Under the pieces are notes generated by a model that saw only the letters and a list, made by a program, of their open reading frames with translations, was not told the origin of the DNA and made no database searches. DNA of 64,000 nt from an uncultured Bacteroidaceae bacterium (GTDB taxonomy: Bacteria; Bacteroidota; Bacteroidia; Bacteroidales; Bacteroidaceae). Shown here piece by piece: positions 44,688-55,100 of the stretch. The stretch lies in assembly GCA_905236985.1 (NCBI GenBank), contig CAJORF010000140.1:5973-69972 (forward strand). The letters are read 5' to 3'. Each line of letters starts with the position of its first letter. Position 1 is the first letter of the stretch. The translations under genes were made by a program, and so were the position numbers.

Positions 44688-46109
44688 ATGGAAAACAACG
44701 ACGAAAAGTGGCGCGAGAGTTTTAGCGCCAGCGAGGGAAAGGACGAAAACCGCGAAGGTTTTAATCCCTCATTCAACAGAGATCCCAACAAGAGCTATGG
44801 ACAAGGACGCACGCCGCGTCCACGCATCCAGCGCCCCGTTTATGGCAGCAATGCCGAAGGTGAGCGCCGTACCTATCGTCCTCGTTATGATGCCAATGGT
44901 AATGCCCTTGAAGAAGGACAGGAAACACGTAGCTATCAGCCCCGGCCAAGCTACCAGCCCCGTGGCGGTTATCAACCTCGTGGCGGCTACCAGCCCCGTG
45001 GCGGTTATGGTCAGCGTGAAGGTGGATATCAGCAGCGTGAAAGCGGATATCAGCAGCATGAAGGTGGATATCAACAACGTAGCGGTTACCAGCAGCGAGG
45101 CGGATATGGTCAGCAGCGCGAAGGTTTTGGTCAGCAGCGCGAAGGTGGCTTCATGCCCCGTGGCGGCTATGGTCAGCAAAGAAGCGGTTACGCCCCCCGT
45201 GGCGGTGGTTATGGCCAGCAGCGAGGCGGTTACGCTCCCCGTGGCGGTGGTTATGGTCAACAGCGTGGTGGCTACGGCCAGCAGCGCGGCTTCGGCGGAC
45301 CACGTCGCCAACACACTCCCGGCTACGATCCCAATGCAAAATACAGCCACAAGAAGCGCATCGAATACTCCGAGGCTCACATCGATCCCGAAGCTCCCAT
45401 CCGTCTGAACAAGTTCCTCGCCAACGCCGGCGTGTGTTCACGTCGTGAGGCAGATACATTCATTGAGGCAGGTGTGGTCAGCGTCAATGGTGTTGTCGTC
45501 ACCGAGCTCGGCACCAAGATCAAGCGCTCCGACGAGGTCAAGTTCCATGACCAGCCCGTGAAGATCGAGAAGAAGGTCTATGTGCTGCTCAACAAGCCTA
45601 AGGACTACGTCACCACGAGCGACGATCCCCAAAACCGCAAGACAGTCATGGATCTCGTCAAGGGTTGCTGCGACGAGCGCATCTATCCCGTTGGTCGTCT
45701 CGACCGCAATACGACGGGTGTACTCTTGCTCACCAACGATGGCGAACTGGCTTCCAAGCTCACTCACCCGCAGTACCTCAAGAAGAAGATCTACCATGTT
45801 CACACAGACAAGAACGTCACCGCAGCTGACCTCCGTCAGATTGCCGAAGGTATTCAGCTCGACGATGGTGAGATCCACGCAGATGCTGTTGAATACGCCT
45901 CCGAGACTGACAAAAAGCAGGTGGGCATCGAGATCCACAGCGGTCGCAACCGCATTGTACGTCGCATCTTCGAGCACCTCGGCTACAAGGTCACCAAGCT
46001 CGACCGCGTCTTCTTCGCCGGTCTGACCAAGAAGAACCTCAAGCGCGGCGATTGGCGCTACCTCACCGAGCAAGAAGTGAATATGCTGCGTATGGGAGCA
46101 TTTGAGTAA
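44688..46109 (+). CDS. rluB: RsuA/RluB-family rRNA pseudouridine synthase with an N-terminal Gly/Tyr/Gln/Arg-rich low-complexity extension of about 210 aa
   Basis: The S4 domain reads IRLNKFLANAGVCSRREADTFIEAGVVSVNG. The catalytic motif is PVGRLDRNTTGVLLLTNDGE. The N-terminus carries repeats GGYQPRGGYQPRGGYGQREGGYQQRE... Confidence 0.8.
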   Translation: MENNDEKWRESFSASEGKDENREGFNPSFNRDPNKSYGQGRTPRPRIQRPVYGSNAEGERRTYRPRYDANGNALEEGQETRSYQPRPSYQPRGGYQPRGGYQPRGGYGQREGGYQQRESGYQQHEGGYQQRSGYQQRGGYGQQREGFGQQREGGFMPRGGYGQQRSGYAPRGGGYGQQRGGYAPRGGGYGQQRGGYGQQRGFGGPRRQHTPGYDPNAKYSHKKRIEYSEAHIDPEAPIRLNKFLANAGVCSRREADTFIEAGVVSVNGVVVTELGTKIKRSDEVKFHDQPVKIEKKVYVLLNKPKDYVTTSDDPQNRKTVMDLVKGCCDERIYPVGRLDRNTTGVLLLTNDGELASKLTHPQYLKKKIYHVHTDKNVTAADLRQIAEGIQLDDGEIHADAVEYASETDKKQVGIEIHSGRNRIVRRIFEHLGYKVTKLDRVFFAGLTKKNLKRGDWRYLTEQEVNMLRMGAFE

Positions 46110-46132
46110 GGGTTCGCTGCGCGCGAAGCTGA

Positions 46133-46225
46133 ATGTTTAAGGTTTAATGTTTAATGTAAAGACCTTTTTACGGCAGACTTCGCAATCAGTAGGACAGCCC
46201 CCATTAAACTTTAAACTTTAAACAT
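46133..46225. repeat. 24-bp AT-rich imperfect inverted repeat (22/24 complementary) flanking a 45-nt loop
   Basis: The left arm is atgtttaaggtttaatgtttaatg (46133-46156) and the right arm is cattaaactttaaactttaaacat (46202-46225). A small hairpin acgggc-ttt-gcccgt follows at 46232-46246. Confidence 0.7.
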
Positions 46226-46255
46226 TAAACTACGGGCTTTGCCCGTGCTAAAAAT

Positions 46256-47653
46256 ATGCAACGTACAAAGATTATTGATGCGCTGAAGCGTACGGACTTC
46301 GGTAGCCCTATCACAGTCATGGGTTGGGTGCGTTCAAAACGCGGTTCCAAAGGAATCTTCTTTATTGCCCTGAATGACGGCTCCACCATCAAAAATATAC
46401 AGATTGTAGGTGAGGAGCAAAACTTTGACGAGGCCGTTGTGAAACTCATCACCACCGGTGCCTGCATCAAAGTGAATGGTGTATTAGTGGAAAGTCCCGC
46501 AGCCGGACAGGCCAGCGAAGTGCAAGCCAAAGAAATCGAAGTGCTTGGTACATGTGACAGCACCTTCCCGATGCAGAAGAAGGGACAGAGCTTTGAGTTC
46601 ATGCGTCAGCACGCCCACATGCGTCTTCGCACCAACACCTTCAGTGCCATCATGCGCATCCGCCACAATATGGCGATGGCTATCCACACCTATTTCCACG
46701 ACCACGGCTTCTACTATTTCCACACCCCTCTCATCACTGCTTCAGACTGCGAGGGTGCCGGCAATATGTTCCAAGTCACGACCAAGAACCTCTACGACCT
46801 GAAGAAGGACGAGGAGGGCAAGATTATCTATGATGATGACTTCTTCGGCGAGCAGACCAGCCTGACTGTCAGCGGACAGCTCGAAGGCGAACTGGGAGCT
46901 ACGGCTCTCGGACAGATCTACACCTTTGGTCCTACGTTCCGAGCAGAGAACAGCAACACTCCGCGTCACTTGGCCGAGTTCTGGATGATTGAGCCTGAAA
47001 TGGCTTTCTACGACAAGACCGACCTGATGGATCTTGAAGAGGATTTCATCAAGCACTGTGTCCGTTGGGCACTTGACAACTGTCGCGATGACCTTGAGTT
47101 CCTCAACAATCCGCGCCTTGACCCGCATCTCATTGAGCGTCTCGAAGGCGTGTTGAAAGAGGATTTCGTGCGTCTGCCTTACACCGAAGGTATTGAGATC
47201 CTGCAGGAAGCCATCAAGAACGGCAAGAAGTTTGAATTCCCCTGCAACTGGGGTGATGACCTCGCCAGCGAGCACGAGCGCTACCTCGTTGAGGAGCATT
47301 TCAAGCGTCCTGTCATCATGACCGACTACCCGAAGGAGATCAAGGCTTTCTACATGAAGATGAACGAGGACGGCAAGACCATGCAAGGCACCGACGTGCT
47401 CTTCCCCTCCATTGGCGAAATCATCGGCGGCAGCGTGCGTGAGGAGAGTCTCGACAAACTCATGGCTGAGATCAACCGCCGTGGAATGGACACGACCAGC
47501 TTGGAATGGTATCTCGACACACGTCGCTGGGGTACGTGCCCACATGCCGGCTTTGGTCTTGGCTTCGAGCGTCTGATCCTCTTCGTAACGGGTATGCAGA
47601 ATATCCGCGACGTCATTCCCTTCCCCCGCACTCCGGGCAACGCCAAGTTCTGA
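46256..47653 (+). CDS. asnS: Asparagine--tRNA ligase
   Basis: The 465-aa class IIb layout has an OB-fold N-domain ([25 protein letters not shown]). Motif 2 reads [21 protein letters not shown] and motif 3 reads [15 protein letters not shown]. Confidence 0.9.
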   Translation: MQRTKIIDALKRTDFGSPITVMGWVRSKRGSKGIFFIALNDGSTIKNIQIVGEEQNFDEAVVKLITTGACIKVNGVLVESPAAGQASEVQAKEIEVLGTCDSTFPMQKKGQSFEFMRQHAHMRLRTNTFSAIMRIRHNMAMAIHTYFHDHGFYYFHTPLITASDCEGAGNMFQVTTKNLYDLKKDEEGKIIYDDDFFGEQTSLTVSGQLEGELGATALGQIYTFGPTFRAENSNTPRHLAEFWMIEPEMAFYDKTDLMDLEEDFIKHCVRWALDNCRDDLEFLNNPRLDPHLIERLEGVLKEDFVRLPYTEGIEILQEAIKNGKKFEFPCNWGDDLASEHERYLVEEHFKRPVIMTDYPKEIKAFYMKMNEDGKTMQGTDVLFPSIGEIIGGSVREESLDKLMAEINRRGMDTTSLEWYLDTRRWGTCPHAGFGLGFERLILFVTGMQNIRDVIPFPRTPGNAKF

Positions 47654-47672
47654 CCCCGTGCGACTATACGCA

Positions 47673-47712
47673 AACACGCCTATGCAAAAACAACAATTTG
47701 CATAGGCGTGTT
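47673..47712. terminator. Bidirectional terminator hairpin between the convergent asnS and GH3 genes
   Basis: A 16-bp stem aacacgcctatgcaaa / tttgcataggcgtgtt has an 8-nt loop. A second hairpin cataggcaa...ttgcctatg at 47723-47750 is followed by tgttttg. Confidence 0.75.
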
Positions 47713-47762
47713 GCCTGTTTTACATAGGCAATTTGATCCATTTGCCTATGTGTTTTGAAACA

Positions 47763-50366
47763 TTACTCCAGTGTCACCTCGATGCGTTGCAAATCACTGA
47801 GCTGTGAACTGGTGCCGTAGAAGAGCTCATAGCGTCCATGATGAGCATGGACGGTGTTGGTGGAAGGATCAAAAAGCTCAAAGGTTTTGGCTGTGAGGGG
47901 CAACTCGGCATTGACGGTCTGTCCAGCCTTGACCGCCACACGCTGGAAGCCGCGCAGCGAACGAAGTGGGCCTTCGGTGTCAGCAAGGTCACGGACATAG
48001 AGTTGCAAGACCTCCGTACCATCGCGCCGTCCTGTATTGGTCACAGGAATCGTAATGACTGTGGGTTGCTGACTCAGGTCGGAGAGATTGAGGATGAGCG
48101 TCGAAGAGTTGGCCTTGCCCACGCTGAACGTAGTGTAGCTGAGGCCGTATCCAAAAGCATAGAGCGGATCGGAAAAATAACGATAGGTACGACCGCGCAT
48201 GGAGTATTCCTCGTAGTCGGGTAACTGGGCGGTGTTGCGGTAGAACGTCACGGGGAGCTTGCCGCTGGGATTGACCTTACCGAAGAGCACCTCAGCAATC
48301 GCTGTGCCGCCCTCCTGTCCTGCGTACCATGCCTGCACGATGGCGTCGCACGTCTCTGTCTCGGGTTGCAAGGCAATGGCCGAACCAGAGCAGTTAACGT
48401 AGATGATAGTCTTGCCAGCGTCCTTGAGGGCTTTCAGGAAGTCGCGCTGCACACGTGGCAGCTCGATATTGGTACGGTCGCCGCCCTTGAAGCCCTCAAT
48501 GTTAACGGGCATCTCCTCCCCTTCAAGCGCGGGTGAGATACCACCGACGAAGATCACCTTCTGTATGCCTTTCAGCTGGGCGATGATGGTCTTATAGTCT
48601 ATGTGATGTTCCTGTGCCACCTCAATCTTCATGTTTGCCCCCCACGTCTTCACGAACTGATAGCGGATCTCGATATCGTAGGTACTGCCCTTCTCTGCTT
48701 GGATGACGGTGCGTGTGGGTGTCGTTCGCCATGAGTGTACGCGCTGCTTTCGCTCGCCATTGACATAGACCTCGAAATGTCCGCAGCCTTCCACGTTGAC
48801 CACATATTCGCCTGCCTCCTTGGGTGAAAAAGTTGTCTCGTACTTAGCTGAGAAATCCTCCAGAGCCACGTTAGGTGCGAAGTTATGCAAACCCGCCGTC
48901 GTGACAGCCACAGGCATCGTGTAGAACTGAGTGGTCACGGGATTGCCCTCCATCTCAGTGTTGTTCCAGAAAGTGCCACGCAGACCGCGCTTGCCGCCTG
49001 CCGAGCATTCCGTAGCGAGACGATTGTCCATGACTTTGTCATAGGTGAGGTCGCAGCCAGGCAGATAGAGCACGTTCTTCTGCTGTGCACGAATACCGTC
49101 AAGAATCGTGATGGTATGATTGGGGGTGCCATTATAGTTGCCCCACATCATCGGACTGTTATCCGCATTAGGACCGATGACGGCTATGCGTTCCTTGCCA
49201 GCCTTAAGGGGCAGCACATTGTCTTTGTTTTGCAGGAGCACGATGGTCTGACGCGCCATATCGAGAGACTTCAGAGCACTCTCCTTGGTGGACATCGCAG
49301 AATAAGGAATCTTGGACCATTCAACAAGCGATGGATCATCCATCTCTCCAAGGTCAAAGCGTCCTTCGAGCAGGCGCAAGACATGCTTGTCAACCTCTGC
49401 CTCGCTGATGAGACCGCGTTGAACGGCCTGTGGGATAGCGCTATAGGCTCCTCCCCAGCCACACTCCACATCCGTTCCCGCGATGGTGCCCTTAGCGGCG
49501 GCGTGGACAGGGTCACTGGAAGTCTTATGGCTCTGGAAGAAGTCACTGATAGCACCACAGTCACTCACTACGAGATACTGGAAGCCCCAGTCTTCACGCA
49601 GGATCTGTTGGAGCAGACGGGCATTGCCGCAGCAAGGCTCATCATCGAGACGCTGGTAGGCACACATCACCTCGCGCACCTTAGCCTCTTCGACAAGGGT
49701 CTTGAAAGCAGGCAGATAGGTCTCATAGAGATCGCGCAGACTGACATTGTTAAGGTTCGCCGTGTGACGCGTATATTCGGGGCCGCTGTGGACGGCATAG
49801 TGCTTGGCACAAGCCCAGAGCTTACGGTATTTGGAGGTCTCGGGTCCTTGCAGACCGCGGACGACCTGTATGCCCATGACTGAGGTCAGATACGGGTCTT
49901 CGCCATAGGTCTCCTGACCACGTCCCCAACGGGGGTCGCGGAAGATGTTGACATTCGGTGTCCACACGCTCAAACTGTGGAACTTCTCGTCATCGCCGCC
50001 ATCCTGAATCATGCGTTTGTTATATTGCGCACGAAACTCGGTGCTGGCGACATCAAACACCTGATACAGGAGCTCTGGATTAAATGAGGCAGCCATGGCC
50101 ACGGGCTCTGGGAATACGGTCACATTACCCATATTGGCAGCTCCGTGGAGCGCTTCGCTCCACCAGAAAAATTTCTTGATGCCGAGACGTGGAATGGCTG
50201 GCGACTCATCAAGCATCAGCGAAGCCTTCTCCTCTAACGTCAAACGCGAGCAGAGGTCAGCGGCGCGCTCCTTAGCACTGAGGTTGGGATTCTGATAGGG
50301 GTAAATCTGAGCCGAAAGGGGAAGTGCGGCACAGAAGAAAAGTATGAAGGTAAAGAGGTGGTTCAT
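47763..50366 (-). CDS. Glycoside hydrolase family 3 beta-glucosidase/beta-xylosidase with a PA14-like insertion
   Basis: It has a signal peptide. The GH3 N-domain motifs are FFWWSEALHG and NIFRDPRWGRGQETYGEDP. VVSDCGAIS contains the nucleophile Asp region. The PA14-like segment reads GLRGTFWNNTEMEGNPV, followed by a C-terminal Fn3-like domain. Confidence 0.9.
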   Translation of the reverse strand: MNHLFTFILFFCAALPLSAQIYPYQNPNLSAKERAADLCSRLTLEEKASLMLDESPAIPRLGIKKFFWWSEALHGAANMGNVTVFPEPVAMAASFNPELLYQVFDVASTEFRAQYNKRMIQDGGDDEKFHSLSVWTPNVNIFRDPRWGRGQETYGEDPYLTSVMGIQVVRGLQGPETSKYRKLWACAKHYAVHSGPEYTRHTANLNNVSLRDLYETYLPAFKTLVEEAKVREVMCAYQRLDDEPCCGNARLLQQILREDWGFQYLVVSDCGAISDFFQSHKTSSDPVHAAAKGTIAGTDVECGWGGAYSAIPQAVQRGLISEAEVDKHVLRLLEGRFDLGEMDDPSLVEWSKIPYSAMSTKESALKSLDMARQTIVLLQNKDNVLPLKAGKERIAVIGPNADNSPMMWGNYNGTPNHTITILDGIRAQQKNVLYLPGCDLTYDKVMDNRLATECSAGGKRGLRGTFWNNTEMEGNPVTTQFYTMPVAVTTAGLHNFAPNVALEDFSAKYETTFSPKEAGEYVVNVEGCGHFEVYVNGERKQRVHSWRTTPTRTVIQAEKGSTYDIEIRYQFVKTWGANMKIEVAQEHHIDYKTIIAQLKGIQKVIFVGGISPALEGEEMPVNIEGFKGGDRTNIELPRVQRDFLKALKDAGKTIIYVNCSGSAIALQPETETCDAIVQAWYAGQEGGTAIAEVLFGKVNPSGKLPVTFYRNTAQLPDYEEYSMRGRTYRYFSDPLYAFGYGLSYTTFSVGKANSSTLILNLSDLSQQPTVITIPVTNTGRRDGTEVLQLYVRDLADTEGPLRSLRGFQRVAVKAGQTVNAELPLTAKTFELFDPSTNTVHAHHGRYELFYGTSSQLSDLQRIEVTLE

Positions 50367-50416
50367 AGGGCTGGAAAGTTAAGGGTTCAATAGTTCAAAA
50401 TATTTAGGTTCAAGGT

Positions 50417-50887
50417 TCAAGAGGTGATGAGGCAGACCGCGTATGCACTGATACCTTCCTCGCGTCCCGTGAATCCGAGGTGCTCGGTAGTGGTCGCCTT
50501 AATGCTAACCACATCCGGGTCAACGCCCATGACTTCGGCAAGGCACTTTTGCATGGCAGGAATGTGAGGATTGAGTTTGGGACGTTCAGCACAGACTGTA
50601 CAGTCGATATTTCCTACACGGTAGCCCTTTGAAGCAATCAAATCTATCGTTTTGCGAAGCAATATCTTGCTGTCAATATCCTTAAATTCTGCACCCGTAT
50701 CGGGAAAATGATAACCGATATCGCGCATATTGGCGGCACCGAGCAATGCATCACAGATGGCATGTATGAGTACATCAGCATCGCTATGTCCCAAAAGACC
50801 CAGCGAATGCTCAATCTTTATTCCACCAAGCCACAAGTCACGTCCCTCGACAAGCTTGTGAACGTCAAAACCAAAACCAACTCTCAT
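50417..50887 (-). CDS. ispF: 2-C-methyl-D-erythritol 2,4-cyclodiphosphate synthase
   Basis: MRVGFGFDVHKLVEGRDLWLGGIKIEHSLGLLGHSDADVLIHAICDALLGA is canonical IspF. Its start overlaps the porV stop (ATGA). Confidence 0.95.
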   Translation of the reverse strand: MRVGFGFDVHKLVEGRDLWLGGIKIEHSLGLLGHSDADVLIHAICDALLGAANMRDIGYHFPDTGAEFKDIDSKILLRKTIDLIASKGYRVGNIDCTVCAERPKLNPHIPAMQKCLAEVMGVDPDVVSIKATTTEHLGFTGREEGISAYAVCLITS

Positions 50888-52074
50888 CTTCTCTTCCTCC
50901 CAAATAAATCTTTCATTCCATCGAGGTCGAAGCCAAGGGTGAAGCGCATCGTCTGGTCGAGTGGATTAGACTGTGCGGTGGAGAAGACGTAGGAGGCGTC
51001 GAGTGAGAAGACGCTCATATGAAAGCCCGCACCAGCTGTGATGTACTTACGATTACCCTTATTGGCGTGCTCATCGTGATAACCAAGACGAACAAAGAAG
51101 CGATCGTTATAGCTGTACTCTGCACCTACACTCCACTGAATCTCCTGTAGTTCCTCCTTGAAGCCGTTGGGAGCATCGTGGAAACTCTTGAATATACCAG
51201 CGATGGGCGATACATCATAGTACTCTCGCTGCACGCGGTCGGTGTAGTCATTGTCTGACTCGTCAGTCTCTTTCTTAGGGTAAGTCGGAACGAGGAGCTT
51301 ATTGGCATCAGCGGCGATGGAAAAGCGGTTATAGTCATCGAAGGGAATGGTCAGATTCAAACCCAGTCGAAGATTAGTAGGAATGAACTCAGAGTTGTCA
51401 TCGCCGCCATAGCTAATCTTGGAACCGATATTATTGATGTTCAAGCCGACAGCAATACCACACTCACGGTTGGCCATTACAAAATAGTTATTGTAGTACA
51501 TGGCGATATCAGCGGCAAAAGCCTTTCCTGGCGAGGACTCTGCCTCGTAGTCATAGGTGATATCGGAAAAGATGAAACGCATTCCGACACCCATGGAGAA
51601 GTAGTCGGAGAGCATACGCGAGTAAGCAGCATCTACAGCAAACTCGTATGGATTAATGGTCATACCATCCTGAGCACCACCACTTTCATCCCAACCAAGG
51701 CTGACCTCACCGAGCGAAAAATAACGCAGCGAAGCACTAATGGCAGAGTAATTACCAATACGGTAGAAACCAGCCAAGTTAGCCAGGTTGATATCGTTGA
51801 CCAGCTTGCGCAACCAAGGAGTGTAGCTGATGGCCAAACCTGCACGTCCGACACAGAAAGGATATTTGGCAGGATTCCAGTACTGGGAGTTGACATCGGC
51901 TTCAGTGGCCACTCCCACATCACCCATACCACCGCCACGTGCATCGGGCGCAATGGACAGCGAGGTGACACTGGTGGTCACAGGATTGAACATATTCTGC
52001 TTGTCCTGAGCCATGGAGTTGATAGCCACAGTCAAGGTGAGCATCAGAAGAAGTATGTGTTTGTAGCGTTTCAT
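50884..52074 (-). CDS. porV: Type IX secretion system outer membrane shuttle protein PorV (LptO)
   Basis: The signal peptide is MKRYKHILLLMLTLTVAINSMAQ. SLSIAPDARGGGMGDVGVATEADVNSQYWNPAKYPF is the conserved PorV N-terminal block. The gene is adjacent to porU. An alternative start lies at 52098. Confidence 0.9.
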   Translation of the reverse strand: MKRYKHILLLMLTLTVAINSMAQDKQNMFNPVTTSVTSLSIAPDARGGGMGDVGVATEADVNSQYWNPAKYPFCVGRAGLAISYTPWLRKLVNDINLANLAGFYRIGNYSAISASLRYFSLGEVSLGWDESGGAQDGMTINPYEFAVDAAYSRMLSDYFSMGVGMRFIFSDITYDYEAESSPGKAFAADIAMYYNNYFVMANRECGIAVGLNINNIGSKISYGGDDNSEFIPTNLRLGLNLTIPFDDYNRFSIAADANKLLVPTYPKKETDESDNDYTDRVQREYYDVSPIAGIFKSFHDAPNGFKEELQEIQWSVGAEYSYNDRFFVRLGYHDEHANKGNRKYITAGAGFHMSVFSLDASYVFSTAQSNPLDQTMRFTLGFDLDGMKDLFGRKRR

Positions 52075-52122
52075 GCTTTGTGATGATGATGTTTTCATTA
52101 AAAGAACGGATGGGATGCCGTT

Positions 52123-55100
52123 TTATTGTCTGCGGTTGATGATGAGTTTGCGGGTCTTGGTCACTTCGTCGCTCTCGTCGCAACGGACGTGAGCACGATA
52201 GAGGTAAATGCCACTGCCGAGCGGGAAGCCGCTGCCCGTGGTGAGATTCCAGGGTACGGAGTAGAGGCCGTTGGCATTGCTGCCCGTCTCGGTGTGCGTC
52301 CACAACAAGCGTCCTGCGAAGTCAAAGACCTCGATGGTGAACTCGCACGTGCAACCCGGACGGTCGTATGTCAGCAGGAAAGCAGTCTGCGTTCGCGCAG
52401 GATTGATCGATGTGGTGAGATCGAGCAGGTGCATCTTCAGCGATGAATTGACGGTGAAGTCCAATGTGATGTGATTCTCGTTGTTCTGTGTGTCCCAAGC
52501 GCGGAAGAGTAGTGAGTGCTGGCCTTCAGTAAGCTCAGGAATGGAGAAAGCAACGGTGCCTCGCGTGAAGTCGCCGAAATTACCTATATAATAGGTGTTG
52601 AGGTTGTAGGTTGTCGAAGGATTTCCATCGATGATGAGCTCCAGATCATGTCCAATACTATTGCCTGCCGTGTTGATGCCCGATTCATCCTCGAGATGAG
52701 CTACAAAGTATGGTGTTGAGCATACCTCGCCGCCATTCTCGAAGTCCTCGCCACCGACCCATGCCGTGATGCGCGGACCTTCATTGTCGTTGAGTCCAGG
52801 CTCTGTGCCGCCCAAAAGGAAGTCCTCGCAGTAGCCATTGGCCTCGGTGCGACGGTCGGAAGAGATGGCATAGAAAAGTAGGCGGCCAGCCTCGTCGCTG
52901 TACTTGATATCGACGGGAATGGGACAGGTCAATGCAAAGCGACCTCCATGCACGCTGTCAGTGCCATTGAAGAGGATCTTGTCGTAGGTGGTGTAGGTGA
53001 AAGCTTCGTCAGCACCGTCAGCATTGAGGCAGACAATCTGACTCTTGCTGTCATAGAGGCGGCTGTGAATTGTTCCCTCGAAAGCGGAGAGTGCTGCACC
53101 GTCGGCATCTACGAGATGTCCTGCCAGCCGCATGCGACCACCAGCGTGAAGCGTGTAGTTCTCTGGTAGATCATCGACGGCGGTGCCGTTGATGCTGTCC
53201 AGCACTATGCGATTCTGTATGGAACCCATCCGCAAGGCGGGATCGCCAAGGAGGACATAGTGGAGTTTGTTCTCGCGGCTGTCGCCCTCGGTACCCGCCA
53301 CGTATGTCTTGCTGTAGCGTACGGCATCACCCAATCGATTGGGCACGCCCTGCTCATCGGCATCAAAGACTGCACTGCAGAAAGCGCGATTGAGAACGAC
53401 GTTTTTATTAGCATACACGGTACGCGTGGTGCCATAGAAAGCTACTGCGGCTGCCTTTTCATTGAGAATAGCAGTCTCGCCGACATTTTCTTTCTGGGTG
53501 TCAAAAGGCATCACATCACAGGCAGCCGTGACCCACAAGGGCACACGCGGTGAGGTGTAAGCAGCGAAATCCTCGATACGCAGCACCTGCTCGTAGGAGA
53601 GGCAATAGGTAGCAGCATGACCCGTGTAGTTCATCATCAGCGCACCTTCTTCCATCTGTTGGTCAATAACCTGCTTGGCCTGCGGAAAACGGAAGCCCGA
53701 GGCAGTACTCTCACGCGGGTAAGCGTCCCACATCACCTTGCGCACTTCTATCTCAGGGTGCTTGGCTATTACACTTTCAGCCACTTGATTGGCCATAATG
53801 AGATGCTCGTTGTTATCACCGTCATCACCCAAGAAGGAGATGACGTTCTTCCATGCACCAGCATTCTCAGAGTAGATGTAGCTAATGGTCTTATCGACCA
53901 AGGCGGATGCCTCAGCAAGCGTTCTCACGGGAAAACGCCCCACGCCGAGATCGGTCTTCTCGCGTATCACATTCGCACCTTCGCCATCATCGAGCAGACC
54001 ATAGTATTCTTCCATCACATACGAACGGATATCATTCAGTGAGTTCTCGCTCTCGTAGCAAAGCAGGAAGTTGTCGGAAGAATACGTGCGCCAAGCCGAA
54101 GTGGCCATTCGGTTGTCCCAAGCTCCGTCACCGAAGAGTAGGAGGTAACGCGGTGCCGTACCGTCAGCGGTTCCACGGTCGTAAAGCATTTTCATGAAAC
54201 GACGGTAGGCAGTGGCATCGGGCGTGCCGCTGGAAAACTCATTATAGACCTGATCGGCGCGGAAGATACCTACGCGCAAAGCGTCAACTTCGCGGTGGAC
54301 AGCTGCAAGACGCTCGGCCTGGGCATCAAAGAGTCCACTGACAGGCGTGAGGATAACCATGTCGAGGGAGTCCGTGGCATGAAGGTCTTGATTGGCCACA
54401 GCCCCGACGATAGTAGGCTGGGGATAGGAGGCGTAAGCTGCAGCGTCGAAGGCGACGTAGCTATACTCTGCACCTTCACTGTCCGTCCTAACTTGATAGA
54501 AACGACTGCCATTGCTCTCAATCGTTATTCCCTTGAGAGCTACAGCTGGCTGACCGCGACGTGCCAAACGCCACAACTGCGGTTGCTGACCGTTGGCGTA
54601 TTCGACACTGAAACGTCCTTGCTTGCTGTTGAAAGCACACTGACGCACTGCATCATCCAAGCGGAGAAGACCGTCGTAACTCAAAGTAAAGTAATTCAGT
54701 CGCGCATGATGGCCTTGCGTTGTTGTCAACTGCAAGACGTTAGCGTTCTTGAGCTTGTCTGCACTGATGGTGAAAGTGCGGGTCGATTCGACCGCGGCGT
54801 CATATTTCCCGAGCGTGTAAATCTCAAAGGATAAGAGTGCATTGCCATTGAAAGAAGGCGTCACCGTGGTGTTCGTTTCCTCATCGGCAGCGGAGAAACG
54901 GATGCTCAACGTAGCGTCAGAACCTGTGGCGGAGACGTGTGCAGGCATTCGTTCGCTTTGATTCTGTGCCGACAAGGCGAAACTATAGCTGCGCGAGCTA
55001 CCAGTGGCGAAATCGTAGTTCTCGTAGAACTGGCTTCCACCCTGATACCAAGAATACTCCTGCGGATCATAGATGTAATGGGCATCGATGCGCGAGGCTG

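Noticed and set aside
44769-45408. Two 203-aa ORFs (44769-45380 on the minus strand, 44797-45408 on the plus strand) over the rluB-like N-terminal repeats
   Set aside because: These are frame shadows of the GGYQQR tandem repeats, with no independent support.
50385-50420. GGTTCAA heptamer repeats in the ispF/GH3 spacer
   Set aside because: The repeats are short and degenerate in a 50-bp spacer and partly overlap the ispF stop. The evidence is too thin to call a site.
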